A stretch of DNA of 63,820 bases from Felis catus (taxonomy: Eukaryota). Numbering within the stretch: the first letter of the stretch is position 1; each line of letters starts with the position of its first letter. Where the stretch lies: the NCBI RefSeq assembly GCF_018350175.1, contig NC_058384.1:12586181-12650000 (forward strand). Reading direction: 5' to 3'. Positions 23,330-35,889 of this stretch are shown piece by piece. The position numbers and the translations under genes were made by a program. The notes beneath the pieces were generated by a model, which was not told the origin of the DNA, did not search any database, and worked only from the letters and a program-made list of their open reading frames with translations.

Positions 23330-24214
23330 TCAGTAGAGCATTCTATATCTAGAAGAAGGACTGTCTCTATTCGGTAGGACTTAATACTAACCTCAGTTAC
23401 ATATCCAGCTCCAAAATAGAGAAAGAAAGTGCTGGTAGTCAGGACCATTTAGATCATTTAATGTCAGTTTCAAAGACTCACAAATTACATTCTGCGAAGA
23501 GAGATTGGAAAAGAGTAAGGAAATCATGAGCCATAAAGAGTATGGATTTCTGTAGGAAAAATTGTACCAAGAAGATTAGATTACTTTTTTGGGAGAATAC
23601 ATTTATATTAGCGAGAAAAAGGAAAAGTACATGTTATTCATTAGAGTTTTTATAGAATGTTTGGTTCAGAAATTGCAAAATTATACTTTTAATTTATTTT
23701 GATAGTTTCAATTGGCATAGATTATGTTCCAAAGGCAGCTTGTAGAAGAATCAAGAAAGAAAAACGTCAAGGTGTCGGAGCTTGGGAAGCAATATGGTTT
23801 ACATCTCTTTCATATAAATATTTTTATTGCTTCTCTGGAAGAAAAAGAAAATAGAACATTAATGAAATTGGCACTTAAATCCTTGGTTTTAGAGTGTGAG
23901 TGAGCAGTAAAAAAATGGCAGAATTGAGAGACAAATTATTTCTTTCCCTTCTCTGGGTCCACAAAAGGTCAGAGGAGGAAATGTATTCATTCATTGATTC
24001 ATTCAAACATTTATTTCTCTGTGATCACATTGACACGGGAATAAATAAATGTAGCAGGATATGGATAAAATAGCTATTTTTTAATTATTATTTAGGCTTT
24101 CTGACTTTTAATTTCTTTATCTGTAGACTGAAGATTAAAACAGCTAATTCTGAGGGTTATTTATGAGCATTAAATATGATGATTTATTTAAACAGCGCTC
24201 AACATATGGAAATG

Positions 24215-24440
24215 ATGTTAATAACAAACATTATCGAGGACTTCCTTAGTGCCACGTACTCTGTTAGGTTTTTTGTATATGTTAATGTATTTGAGAGTCA
24301 CCACTGCCTTATGAGAGATGCAGACATCATAGTCCCATTTTGTGGATGAAAAGACTGTATAGTTTTAAGAGTGTGAGTAATTTGCTTGAGCTTGTAAGTC
24401 GCATAGCTGAGACCTCAAATCCAGACAGCCTGACTCCATT
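24215..24440 (-). mobile_element. MIR SINE
   Basis: aataacaaacattatcgagg...tagtcccattttgtggatgaaaagactg...aaatccagacagcctgactcca. Confidence 0.7.
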
Positions 24441-25202
24441 GCTGGTACCGGGCAGCTATTATGGTTATTGCTACAACTATGAGACTCAGCCGAAATTACA
24501 GAAATAAGACCTTAAATTTAGACGTGAAGTTCTGGACTAGAGGGATTATTAAAAGAAGTGGAATGAAAAATTTTAAAGCATAAAAATCCTTGGAGAAGTT
24601 TAGGGGTATTCGGACCGTCAGCTGAGGTTCTACTCTCCCTTGCAGACTTAGAACAACTTGGCTTAAGGTTCCAACTTGATGCCTCTGCAGGTTTGGAACT
24701 ATGCCTGTAATTTCTGTCAACTCCTGATGGTTTCCTTCTTCTTAGTTTTCTCTTCCTTGTTTTGCATTCACCCTGTGTTATCCAAACATAAAGCCTGCTT
24801 TTCCTAAATCTGTTATTAGTTTAGCAGTTTTACTGAAGACCTTTGCGGTTATGGGGGAAGTCACATCACCTATAACATCACTGACTTCCTGACTTCAGCT
24901 CCAGTCCACCTCATTTTACACAACAGCAAACACACCGTTTCCAACCATTTGGTAAATGGTAGAGCCGAGACTCCAGGCAAGATCCTGTTGGTAGATGGTC
25001 TGATCAAGCCAGTGCAAGTGAGGAAAGAAACGTCTTCATCCATCGAACCATTCCTCTTAAGCTCTGCATCTTCTCTCCACTATAAAAGAAAAATAAGACA
25101 GGAATCTTCTAAGCTGATGTAAACTAATCCTGCAAATGCGTTTCTCTTAAAAATGCAAAAGACCAAATTAAAAATAATCAGATTACACTAACAGAAGTGT
25201 TT

Positions 25203-25423
25203 CTTTTCTTTTTTGGGGGAGGTTATTTATTTATTTTGAGAGAGAGAAAGAGAATAAAAAAGCATGAGCAGGAGAGGGACAGACAGAGAGGAAGAGAGAA
25301 CCCCAAGCAGGCTCCATGGTGTCAGTGCAGAGCCCAACTCAGGGCTTGATCCCATGAACTGTGAGATCATGATCTGAGCTGAAATCAAGAGTCGCTCAAC
25401 CAACTGAGCCACCCGGGTGCCCC
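25203..25423 (-). mobile_element. CAN-SINE
   Basis: Reverse-strand head, (GA)n and T tail. Confidence 0.92.
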
Positions 25424-25773
25424 AGGAATGTTTCTAAAGCATCGATTTATGTTGATTATTTCAAAAGGATTCCCTGCTCTCTGGCTTCTGGTTGGGTTGG
25501 CCCAGCAGGAGCCCTGGTAGAAGATTGGAAAGAGGGAGGAGAATGAAGTCAGGACATCAATCCCTCGGCTCGCTCTCTCATGGATCATCCAAAGTGGGCT
25601 CTGTTGCTCAACCAAAGTTCACTGCTTTTCCTGAGGCAGCTTCTATACACAACTTTCTCCTCCCTCTTCTAGTATCTGTGTCCTTCCTTTACCCTTTGAG
25701 GCCCAGAGGCAGAAACAGTCCTGTCTTAACTACATTGCACGCGGCAATTCTCCCACATCCCATCTATACTGTG

Positions 25774-26460
25774 TGTTGTGAGTTGAATCCCGTCCTCCCC
25801 CAAAGAGGATTCAGTCTCCACCTTCAGGGCTTCCAACCATGGCCTTATTTGAAAACATGACCTTTATAGATGATCAAGTTACCATAAAGTTGTTAGTGGG
25901 GGGCCCTAATCCAACATGACTGTGTTTTTAGAAAAAAAAGGAGAGGAGCGTCTGGGTGGCTCAGTCATTTAAATGGCCGACTCTTGGCTTTGGTTCAAGT
26001 CATGATCTCATGGTTCCACTGGTGTGTGCAAGCCCAGAGCCGGGTTCTGCGTTGACAGAGCAGAGCCTGCTTAGGATTCTCCCTCTCCCTCTCTTTGCCC
26101 CTCCCCTGTGCATGCTCTCTCTCTCTCTCTCTCAAAATAAAAATAAATAACTTAAAACAAAAAGGAAAAAGGGGGAATTTGGACACACACACACACACAC
26201 ACACACGGAGATGCCATGTAAAAGTGAAGGTAGAGATTGAGGGCAAAGCATCTACAAGTCAAGGGATGTCAACGATTGCCGGGAAACCACCAGAAGCTAA
26301 GAGAGAAGGCAGGAACAGATTCTCCTTCACAGGCCTCAAAAAGAAGCAACCCCACTGGCATCTTGATCTTAGACTTTGGCCTCTGGAACTGCGAGGCAAT
26401 ACATTTCTTCTGTTTAAGCCCTGCTAATTTGTTGTGCAGTGGCCCTAGGAAATTAGTACA
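25774..26460 (+). mobile_element. MLT1C-like MaLR solo LTR split by a SINE
   Basis: tgttgtgagttgaatcccg...ggccttatttgaaaa...accaccagaagctaagag...ggccctaggaaattagtaca. Confidence 0.85.
25945..26170 (+). mobile_element. CAN-SINE inside MLT1C
   Basis: Head gcgtctgggtggctcagtc, (CT)n, A tail. Confidence 0.92.
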
Positions 26461-26578
26461 CCATGGAAATCGTCCCTCACTTAACATTCCTAGAGTTTTC
26501 TTAGCTTGAGTCCCATCAGCTGATGCCTATTGGGAACGTGAGTGGTCTAAATGCCTCTATAAAAGGAAATAAATTATT

Positions 26579-26811
26579 ATTTTTTATTTATTTTTAATTT
26601 TTTTTCAACGTTTTTTATTTATTTTTGGGACAGAAAGAGACAGAGCATGAACGGGGGAGGGGCAGAGAGAGAGGGAGACACAGAATCGGAAACAGGCTCC
26701 AGGCTCCGAGCCATCAGCCCAGAGCCTGACGCGGGGCTCGAACTCACGGACCGCGAGATCGTGACCTGGCTGAAGTCGGACGCTTAACCGACTGCGCCAC
26801 CCAGGCGCCCC
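26579..26811 (-). mobile_element. young felid CAN-SINE
   Basis: CpG-rich body; perfect 18-bp TSD aaaaggaaataaattatt at 26561-26578 and 26812-26829. Confidence 0.97.
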
Positions 26812-27039
26812 AAAAGGAAATAAATTATTGAGATAATGTCCAGCTAACAGAAGAGTTTGACAAGGTGTAACCAGCTAAAATCTAGCTGGAGCTTCAGATT
26901 AGAAGCTGGCATTTGTGTGACACATTTGTAGAGCAAAGTTACTTTCTGTGTTCCTTTTCAGCCATGCAACGATTAAGTTCCATCTCCCAATGCTTATTAG
27001 CTCTTAAGGACTTTTAGAGAGAACTGAAAAGCTGTGACA

Positions 27040-27310
27040 CGCTCAGAAGAAAAATAAAGCAAGCTAACGCGACAAAGAATTACGGGGTAGGGGCTCTCAG
27101 AGAAGGTGACATTTGAACAGATATCTAAATACAGTAAAGGAGGGAGCCCTGTAGAAGCTAGCAGAGAGTAGAATCTAGGCAGAGGGAAGAGTTAATTCAA
27201 AGGCTTTGAGACTGGAGTGTGCGAGGCGTATTTCAAAAACAGAGCAACAGCCAGGATGGCTGGAACTGACTGAGGCAGACGTAGGTAAAAGATGACATCA
27301 GAGAAGTAAA
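27040..27310 (-). mobile_element. L2 fragment
   Basis: gagaaggtgacatttgaacagatatct...aggcagagggaagag...caaaggctttgag. Confidence 0.6.
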
Positions 27311-28337
27311 CTTTTCTATCCCGTTAGGACATTTTTACTTTCTCTACTGGACTGTTGTGGGCACTTAAAGTTTGGGATGAGTGTTTGCAAAGTGACTAAC
27401 AGGATGTTTCTCACATAAAGACGTATTGAAGGGACCAATGTGGGCGGAGAGTCACAAACTATTTCCACATTTTCTCCAGAATCCCCTTCCAAAGTGCCAT
27501 AGCCCTAGAAAAAATTCATATTATTCAAAAAGACTAAGAAATACTTTATGTTTAAATTACAACCTGATTTCTAATCGAGTGACTTTTCTTGGCTCTGTTT
27601 GAGGTGATTTTTTTTTTTTAGCCCCAAATTACTTTCCAGCCTCTCTTGTTTATTCCGTTTTGATTTGTGTGGCCATGCATCCTCTCCCTAACCTTCCATT
27701 ATTTCTCTGGATCCATGTTTTGGTTTGAGTAGTCCTAACCACTCTAACATAAAGAACTCTTATAGATTTTTAAGGAAGTTTTTCACTTATAAAAAGTAAT
27801 AAAAGTATTAATTTCCTTTTCAGATTATTTAAATGGATCATAAAACAGCCTCATTTACTGCGCTTAACTTTCCTTGTGTCCTGAATAATCAAGAGAGGGT
27901 GTATGGTCTGGGGCACTAAAGCATTTATGCACACTGGTGGTCTGAAAGCTTTAATGTCTCTTCCTGGAGTGATTAATTTAAAGCAGGGCAAGACTGGCCC
28001 AACATTATTATTTCATTTTAAGTGCATCTGGAAATCCAGAGAGTAAGCCCTTGTTTCACTCTGTTGAAGAAAAAGAAATGCATGTTAATAACTCCTACCT
28101 ATTCTTAGGGCGATTGTACGATCGCTCCTCAAGCGCAGGAGGCAAAGCTCATGATGTCATTTGGAACAGAGACAAGAGGGGGCACATTCACTTACCTCTA
28201 TCCATGAGGCATGGATGCAGGAGCAGAGCAAATGGGATTTCGTGAAGCCTGAAGATTCTGCAATTTAAGGACGTAGGCAGAAACAAGAATTTAGGAAGAT
28301 AAAAGAGATTCCCAAAAATAACTTGAAAAAATTTTAA

Positions 28338-28515
28338 GGGGCACCTGGGTGGCTCCATCGTTAAGCCATGAACTCATGGTTCGCCAGTTCGAATCCTACA
28401 TCAGGTGAGCTGGAGACCCGCTTCCAGTGAACCCTGCTTCTCTCTCTTTTGCTCTCTCTCTCTCTCTGTGCCCCTCCCTCACTTGCACCCTCTCTTTCTC
28501 TCTCTCAAAAAAATT
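28338..28515 (+). mobile_element. CAN-SINE variant (caggtgagc-type body)
   Basis: GGGGCACCTGGGTGGCTC head, atypical middle, (CT)n, A tail. Confidence 0.85.
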
Positions 28516-28670
28516 TTTTTGACCCATACTGCGAACATCACAAAACCAAGAAAATAACATAATATTTTTACTAATTGACCGCCTGACCTATTGCGATGTT
28601 GTCTTCCTACATTTTTTGACTGCGTACTTTTTGATTGCCTTTTCACATTAAAACATTTTTGTAATATTTT

Positions 28671-28877
28671 TTTTCAACGTTTATTTATTTTTGGGACAGA
28701 GAGATACAGAGCATGAATGGGGGAGGGGCAGAGAGAGAGGGAGACCCAGAATCGGAAACAGGCTCCAGGCTCTGAGCCATCAGCCCAGAGCCTGACGCAG
28801 GGCTCGAACTCACGGGCCGCGAGATCGTGACCTGGCTGAAGTCGGACGCTTAACCGACTGCGCCACCCAGGCGCCCC
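28671..28877 (-). mobile_element. young felid CAN-SINE
   Basis: TSD tgtaatatttt at 28660-28670 and 28878-28888. Confidence 0.97.
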
Positions 28878-30092
28878 TGTAATATTTTCTACAGAGAGAC
28901 TACAAAGATAGCCGAGTCTCTCCTTTAGCATAGTCGATTGAAATTTGTTGTTTTACTCCTTTTGGGTTAGATGAACACAATTGTGGCTTCAAACGCAGTC
29001 GCGCTGTTTGTACCACTGTTCCCAGTGTGTGCTCTACAAACATAGGCACTCTGATAATTCTAACATTCTATTTCTCACAATTCCCATCACAATGGAAAAG
29101 GTAATGTGTGACGTGTTATAACTAACTCTACATGCTGCATCTTGTCAAGACAGACCTTCTTATACTGCATTTCAGTATGCCCTCTGGCCCCACACCTTTG
29201 TGTAGTGACAGTGGTCAGAAAGCACAGGTGGCCACAGAAGTTGGCCTGGATGCCATTTCTACACCAGCCCGGCCAGTCATCACTGCGTACACACGGAAAT
29301 GACCGCAAACCCCGTAATTATGGAATGTATGGAAATGCGTGGACAGGAAAGTGAGAATGTAAGGAGACGGCGGTCTTAACTGATTGTGGCTCAAATATCT
29401 TACTTCTGAAAATTTACAAAAACAGATGTGGCCTCTCAGGGCCTTGGATAGAGTCCATGTAGCTGAAGACCTAGAAGCTTAAGTGTCATTAACTTCACTG
29501 TAAATCTTCCTCTGGGGTGAAACCTAAGAATAGGGTTTTACTCTCTCCCTTTATCTTTACAAGAGCACTAGAAAGAGCTAACTCTACTCAAAATTAGTTC
29601 TCCACTGAAAGTTAGTTCACAACCCTTCCAATTAGCTAATGCAATCAGACATCGTCCAAAACTCCATCCCGGCAGTTTCTTCAGAAAACTCAATAGGTGG
29701 CTTTTCCAATGTGATATTTAGGGAGCATTGAAAGACTGCATTAAAATAATGCCAAGAAGGGTAAAATTAATTTGCTTTGTATCCAACTAAGGATAGAATT
29801 CCTTTCCAATGAGACTGGATAATATGCTCTCATGGTTTTAGTTTTGATTTTTCCCACTTTTCCCCAGGTTTCATCTTTTTTTCTTTGCATCCTTTTCCTT
29901 TAAGATTTTTTTCTCTTATCTTCATTTCTCCCTGTTGTCTTCTCAGGCATTAGGTGTTCTTAGCAATGGCTTTGGTGCAGAAACACACTCTGAATTAGCT
30001 CTTGGCTTTCTGTCCCTGAGAGATAGAGAAAAGCGTGTGGTAGGGAAGAACAAGTCAGGCAGACTTGGGGCATGCTTCACTGCAGAGGTCAA

Positions 30093-30487
30093 GGTCTTAG
30101 CTGGTCCCAGCTGCTGTAACAAAGCATCACAGGCTGGGGGGCCTGCAACAATAATCATGTATTTCTCATGGTTCTGGAGGCTGGAAGTTCAAGATCGGCG
30201 TGACAACATGGCTGGGTTCCGGTGAGCGCTCTCTTCTGGGCTTNNNNNNNNNNNNNNNNNNNNNNNNNNNNNNNNNNNNNNNNNNNNNNNNNNNNNNNNN
30301 NNNNNNNNNNNNNNNNNNNNNNNNNNNNNNNNNNNNNNNNNNNNNNNNNNNNNNNNNNNNNNNNNNNNNNNNNNNNNTCTACCTGACTTAATTAACTCCC
30401 AACTGCCCCATCTCCAAATAAAAGCACACTGGGGATTAAGGCTTCATCATTTGAATTCTGGGGGACTCAGCCATTCAGTCCACTGCA
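30093..30487 (-). mobile_element. MLT1A-like MaLR LTR spanning an assembly gap
   Basis: gtcttagctgg...gctgctgtaacaaagc...gttctggaggctggaagttcaagatc...ggggattaaggcttcatcatttgaattctgggg...cattcagtccactgca. Confidence 0.85.
30244..30377. other. assembly gap (134 N)
   Basis: Run of N. Confidence 1.
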
Positions 30488-30519
30488 AATAGGTAGCAGC
30501 ACAGGGAAAAATTGCCCCC

Positions 30520-30520
<1 letters not shown>

Positions 30521-30558
<38 letters not shown>
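30521..30558. repeat. (AC)19 microsatellite
   Basis: Direct reading. Confidence 0.97.
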
Positions 30559-30560
<2 letters not shown>

Positions 30561-30717
30561 CTCTAGGTAACATACACATCCAATCAGTCCCCAGATCTTT
30601 ATACTGTCATAGCAGGATCATAGTCTCTTTCTTCCACGGTTCCCTTTTGAATACTTTATGTGTTTTTCTTTCTCATTCAAATCTCTCTGTGATGTACTTT
30701 TTACTTGATTTCATTTA

Positions 30718-31114
30718 TTTTTTTTAATATAATTTATTGTCAAATTGGCTTACATACAACACCCAGTGCCTGTCACCCATTTTCCCTCTCCCCCACTCCC
30801 CCTTCCGTCCACCCTCAGTTTGTACTCTGTATTTAAGAGTTTCTTGTGGTTTGCCTCTCTCCCTCTCTGTTTGTAATTGTTTTTTTTCTCCTTCCCCCAT
30901 GGTCTTCTGTTAAGTCTCTCAAGATCCACATGTGAGTGAAAACATATGATATCTGTCCTTCTCTGACTGACTTATTTCACTCAGCATAAAACCTTCCAGT
31001 TCCATCCACGTTGTTGCAAATGGCCAGATTTCATTCCTTCTCATTGCCAGGTAGTATTCCATTGTATATAGAAACCACATCTTCTTTATCCATTCGTCGG
31101 TTGATGGACATTTA
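30718..31114 (-). mobile_element. 5'-truncated carnivore/felid L1 (ORF2 C-terminus, 3' UTR, poly-A)
   Basis: Peptide KCPSTDEWIKKMWFLYTMEYYLAMRRNEIWPFATTWMELEGFMLSEISQSEKDRYHMFSLTCGS is L1 ORF2 C-terminus; 12-bp TSD tgatttcattta at 30706-30717 and 31122-31133. Confidence 0.95.
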
Positions 31115-31334
31115 TAAAACCTGATTTCATTTAGATAAAATGTTAGTATGTTGCTGCTAGGCATTGTATTTTGTTGGCTAATGGCATGTGGTTGGACATA
31201 GGAGAAGCACAAGGTTAGTCTAGTCACTTGGAAATACTGGAAGCCCTTGACATAGAGGAACCTATGGGATCCATTTGTATTTTCTTGCCATTTAACACAT
31301 TAAACTCCATTTAGATTAGAAGGGAAATAATTTC

Positions 31335-31553
31335 GGGGTGCCTGGGTGGCTCAGTCGGTTAAGCATCCGAGTTCGGCTCGGGTCATGGTCTCACAGTTTG
31401 TGAGTTCGAGCCCTGCATCAGGCTCTGTGCTGACCGCTCGGAGATTGGAGCCTACTTCAGATTCTGTGTCTCCCTCTCTCTCTGCCCCTCCCCCACTTGT
31501 TCTCTCTCTCTCTCTGTCTCTCTCAAAATGAATAAACATTATTTTTTTTTTAA
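31335..31553 (+). mobile_element. felid CAN-SINE
   Basis: TSD agaagggaaata at 31318-31329 and 31554-31565. Confidence 0.95.
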
Positions 31554-31976
31554 AGAAGGGAAATAGTCTACCTTGAGTTTTTTTTTTTTTTTTCTTTTTT
31601 CTTAGCTTGGTGGGCGCCTCCAGGTGGGAGGAGAAAGGACAGGATGTATTTCCTGAAAGAACACAAAATGCCACCTGGCGCTTACCCTCCCTGCCTGTCT
31701 GGCTTCTTTCAGCTGGGAATGTAAGCTTCACAAGGCAGAGCCCATTCTCTTTATAAGGGACCTTCTTTGTTTCTCTCATGTATCTTAAGATAATTTTGAC
31801 AGATTATAGTTTCCCTTTGCACATTTTAAAGTTCAAAACTAAAATGCTCAATCATAAATTTATATAGTTTCAAAAGATATAGTTGCTGGCACATTCAAAT
31901 TGAATTTTAAAGTAAAACCGTTACTCTTCTTTTTAAATATATCTATAGCAATATTATGTACGCCATCATCTATTTT

Positions 31977-32184
31977 TATTTATTTATTTTTTTTAAGTTT
32001 ATTTATTTTGAGAGGGAGAGAGAGCCAGCAGGGGAGGGGCAGAGGGAGAGGGAGAGAGACAATCCCAAGCAGGCTCCCCACCACAAGCAGAGAGCCCGAT
32101 GAGGGGCTCAAACCCACGAACAACAAGATCATGATCCAAGCCGAACTGACACCTGACTGACTGACTGAGCCACTCAGGTGCCCC
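31977..32184 (-). mobile_element. CAN-SINE
   Basis: TSD ccatcatctatttt at 31963-31976 and 32187-32200. Confidence 0.93.
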
Positions 32185-32197
32185 AACCATCATCTAT

Positions 32198-32423
32198 TTT
32201 TTTTTTAATTTAAAAAATTTTTATTTTAATATTTATTTACTTTTGACAGAGAGAGACACAGAGCATGAGCAGGGGAGGGGCAGAGAGAGAGGGAGACACA
32301 GAATCCGAAGCAGGCTCCAGGCTGTCAGCACAGAGCCCGACGTGGGGCTAGAACTCACAGACCGCGAGACCATGACCTGAGCCAAAGTCGGACCCTCAAC
32401 CGACTGAGCCACCCAGGCGCCCC
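32198..32423 (-). mobile_element. felid CAN-SINE inserted at the TSD of the preceding SINE
   Basis: aaccatcatcta at 32185-32196 and 32424-32435. Confidence 0.95.
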
Positions 32424-33240
32424 AACCATCATCTAATTTTAAAGGCATACAAATCTCTTTAATAATTAGATATTTTCATCAGTCTCTTTTCTCCTTAAAA
32501 TTGTATTTCCATGCTACCTCTTCCTCAGAATTGTATACCAATGTAACATAATTTTATATTTAAATATCTTTTATTGATTACCCTTTCCTATGCCTGTGTA
32601 AGAAACGTTAAAATTTTTCCATTTTTTATCATCTCCGTTGTCAAGAATTTCATGTCTAAATTTAAATTCCCTTTGCTATCTTAGCCCAGCAAAAGAAAAG
32701 ATAAGATTTCTGTAACCCTACAGTTCTAAGAGCCCAAATTTTCTTCTGTATTATCACTACAGCTATTTTTCATATGCAAATGATCGGGTCGATCTCCATA
32801 AATTATAATTTTTTATAATTAGTGTATATAAAAATAAAATTGTGCTGGGAAAAAGAAATACTGCATTTCTTAGTGTGATAGGTGGTGACAGTTTACGGTG
32901 TTTTGGTCAGATGAAGTGACACAAATATTTAAAATTGTTGCTTTATTTGGGACCCCCGAGATTATTCTACCTGAGAACGATGCATGGCACCGACAGGGAT
33001 GGGGGACAGCTGTACCTTTCTTTTGCCCAGTGGGTGACAGGCTACGGACAAAGGGAAGTGGGAAAGAGAAGGCCAACGAAGATCTCACTGAAGACACCTA
33101 TGTAGGCAGAGTGCTTTTAGGGAAGAGTGATATAGAAATCAAATCTCTGGAATTGCTTTCCTTAAAACTGTGTCTGTAAAGAGTAAGTATAATTATTTGA
33201 ACAGGCTGATGTATATGGTTCTTAACCTAGTCCATGGAAC

Positions 33241-33291
33241 CTTCTCCCAGAGTCGAAAGAGGTGAGAGTCTTCTCCCAGAGTCGAAAGAGG
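33241..33291. repeat. 22-bp perfect direct repeat, 29-bp period
   Basis: cttctcccagagtcgaaagagg at 33241-33262 and 33270-33291. Confidence 0.95.
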
Positions 33292-33510
33292 GGAGTGCAG
33301 CAGGAGGTGACAGAACAATTATAGACTCCTCTTTAAAACCTTTGGTGTGGGGATGAGCTCATTGGGAGAGTTCTTTTTAGATATGTTTTAATCTTCAGGA
33401 ATTCTGATCCAATTATATGTATATATATAGCTTCTCATTTATGCTCATACAGGAGGTCCTACTAATTATGAAATGTCAAAGACTATCACTTACAAATGAG
33501 AGAATATATT

Positions 33511-33723
33511 GGGGCGCCTGGGTGGCTCAGACGGTTGAGCGTCTTACTTCGGCTCAGGTCATGATCTCATGGTCCGTGAGTTCAAGCCCTGCGTCGGGCT
33601 CTGTGCTGACAGCTCAGAGCCTGGAGCCTGCTTCGGATTCTGTGTCTCCCTCTCTCTGCCCCTCCCCCACTCACGCTCTGTCTCTCAAAAAATGAATAAA
33701 CGTTTAAAAAAATTAAAAAAAAA
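33511..33723 (+). mobile_element. felid CAN-SINE
   Basis: TSD gagagaatatat / gagagaacatat. Confidence 0.95.
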
Positions 33724-35696
33724 GAGAGAACATATAAGAACCTCCCAAACAAGAGCTGCTAAGTTAATTTATATTGATAAACGTCACTCACTTAAGATTG
33801 CTCCTTGAAATCAGTTTATGATTTATTTCAAAAGCTTTTAATAGATGAAAAGTCTCAATAATACCATTTATCTCAATTTGCATATTTGAATCTATTTTTT
33901 CAATTCCTAAATTTGTAATTGCTTACCTATGTTTCTTATTGATTTTATATTTAATAAATAAAAATGTATATTATTTTATACTTATTATTATGGTAGTTAT
34001 TAAAATTTATTTATAATTGTTATTTATGGTTTTATTGGGATTTATGATTTTTTCCTGTAAAATGGCTTCTTGCATATGGGAATCAATGGATAATCTTTTA
34101 CAAAAAAGGCTAGAATAAAGATCTCACGTTTGTAGTCACATATAAGACATTTTACAGCAATGACAAGGGCGGAGAAAATATAAGGAACATGCAATTAGGA
34201 CTGATGTCTAAATAAGACACTATAAAATCGAAAGGAAACAGTGCAAAAATACTGCAAAAAGTCAGTTTTATACACTTCTTAACTGTACATAAAACTGGCA
34301 AGCTATAAGCTTATGTACTGATATAAAAAACACACAGAATAGCATGCATAGTGCCTTTTATTATTAAATCAAGAGGGAGTCTACACCAAAGTAAATTATA
34401 AATGTATAATAAAGTTAAATGTATAATTTGTTACACATTTTTAAAAAATTTTTTATCCAATCTATTTTCCATTTATATGTATTCCAATTTAGCAAACAAA
34501 CCCTGCTTTCAACACAAAGGAATCAGACTTTTGACCTCACACTTCAGAAAAGTGAAAACTAGCACGGTCCGACAGTAAACCAACTGTTTATTTTCAGTTA
34601 TTTGGCATGGCACTTTACATAATGTTGGCCCCGTTTTTAACTCCTTGGGGAGGCAAAAGTTCAGAAACATTGTGAAAAAAAAAATTGTCCTTGGAGCAGT
34701 TGGCCACCAAGAACTTCACCTCCAGGTGTCGTACATGGTGTCCCATCTGGGTTTTAGTTGATGGTAGAAACATCTTTCATCCCCACGTCAAGGGGCAGAC
34801 CCGCCGAAGCAAAGCAGGTGATGTCAGAGCCTGGTCCAAGGCCTGGAGGTGTTGTGTGGGGAGGAAACAAAGGATAGAAGAGAAGAGGGGACTGGAGAAA
34901 GAAGGGTAGGAGGAGAAAATAAAAACAAGAGGTGGCAAGGCAAAGCAAAAAGCGAGCTGTGTGCTGGGGAGGGCAGGGCGGCCCCACTCCCTGGTCTCCG
35001 TGCTCGTGCTATCGTTACCTATGTCTGTTTAGGGAACTTTCCAAAACACAGAGAAGCTCTGTGGGTCTGGCTCTCAAACTTATGCAACCAATTGTTTGGG
35101 GAACAGCCTGGAAATTTCACAAGAAAGCTGAGTTCTCAAGAGATTGACAGTTTGACCAGGGGATCAAAGGTTTGGTGCAGTGGGGCTAATTTTCAGAAAG
35201 CCTTCCCAATTGGGAAGATTTTCCTTCTCGTGATGGCAGTTAAGACATGTGAAAATAGTAATTCGAGGCACTTATAAGCAGCTTTCTTCTTTGTTCCCAA
35301 TGTTCCACGAATGTCAGTCCTCTCCAAACTCATGAAAACAAAGTAGGCGGCCAGGATGATTACCACCCCCCCGCCCCTGGCCCGAGCACTGATAAAAGGA
35401 GAGGGAAGTACAGAAATAGGCAGTGATTTGTTTGGCTTGCCAAGAAGACAAAGTCACGTGGTTAGATCACAAGTGTTATTGCCTTCAGGTCGACAAAGCA
35501 CATAAGCAGCGTGGCTGTGTGTGGGTGGGGAGGAAGGAGAGGTTGCAGGATGAAGGATGAGATGAATAATAGTCAGATGGGTGGGGAATGAGATCCTAAC
35601 ACTTGTTTGAGATTCTGAGCGCTCCAAATATATTTATCAAACCAGTAAGACCTAAAACAGCAACTAATATAGTCCGTTGCCATTGAAAATGCATAG

Positions 35697-35889
35697 GGGG
35701 CACCTGGGTGGCTCAGTTGGGTGAGCGTCCGACTTTGCCTCGGGTCATGATCCCACTGTTTGTGAGTTCGAGCCCCACAGAGGGCTCCCCGCTGTCCAGG
35801 CAGAGCCCGCTTCGGATCCCCTGTCCCCTTCTCTCTGCCCCTACCCCACTTGCGCTCTCTTAACAATAAATAAGCAAATAAACGAAAGC
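35697..35889 (+). mobile_element. CAN-SINE
   Basis: Head GGGGCACCTGGGTGGCTCAG; degenerate TSD gaaaatgcatagg / gaaaatgcgtggg. Confidence 0.9.

Larger units (their letters stand above)
28218..29514 (-). mobile_element. hAT-Tip100 (Zaphod/MER115-type) DNA transposon fossil with transposase C-terminal remnant, interrupted by two SINEs
   Basis: Removing SINE 28671-28877 and one TSD copy gives minus-strand STMLKERLGYLCSLSVENITKMF*CEKAIKKYAVKKCRK, typical of the hAT C-terminal dimerisation region; end ...aagcttaagtgtcattaacttcactgtaaatcttcctctg; family name from memory. Confidence 0.75.

Noticed and set aside
30919-31227. 102-aa ORF as a host gene
   Set aside because: It is the L1 ORF2 C-terminus plus flanking sequence
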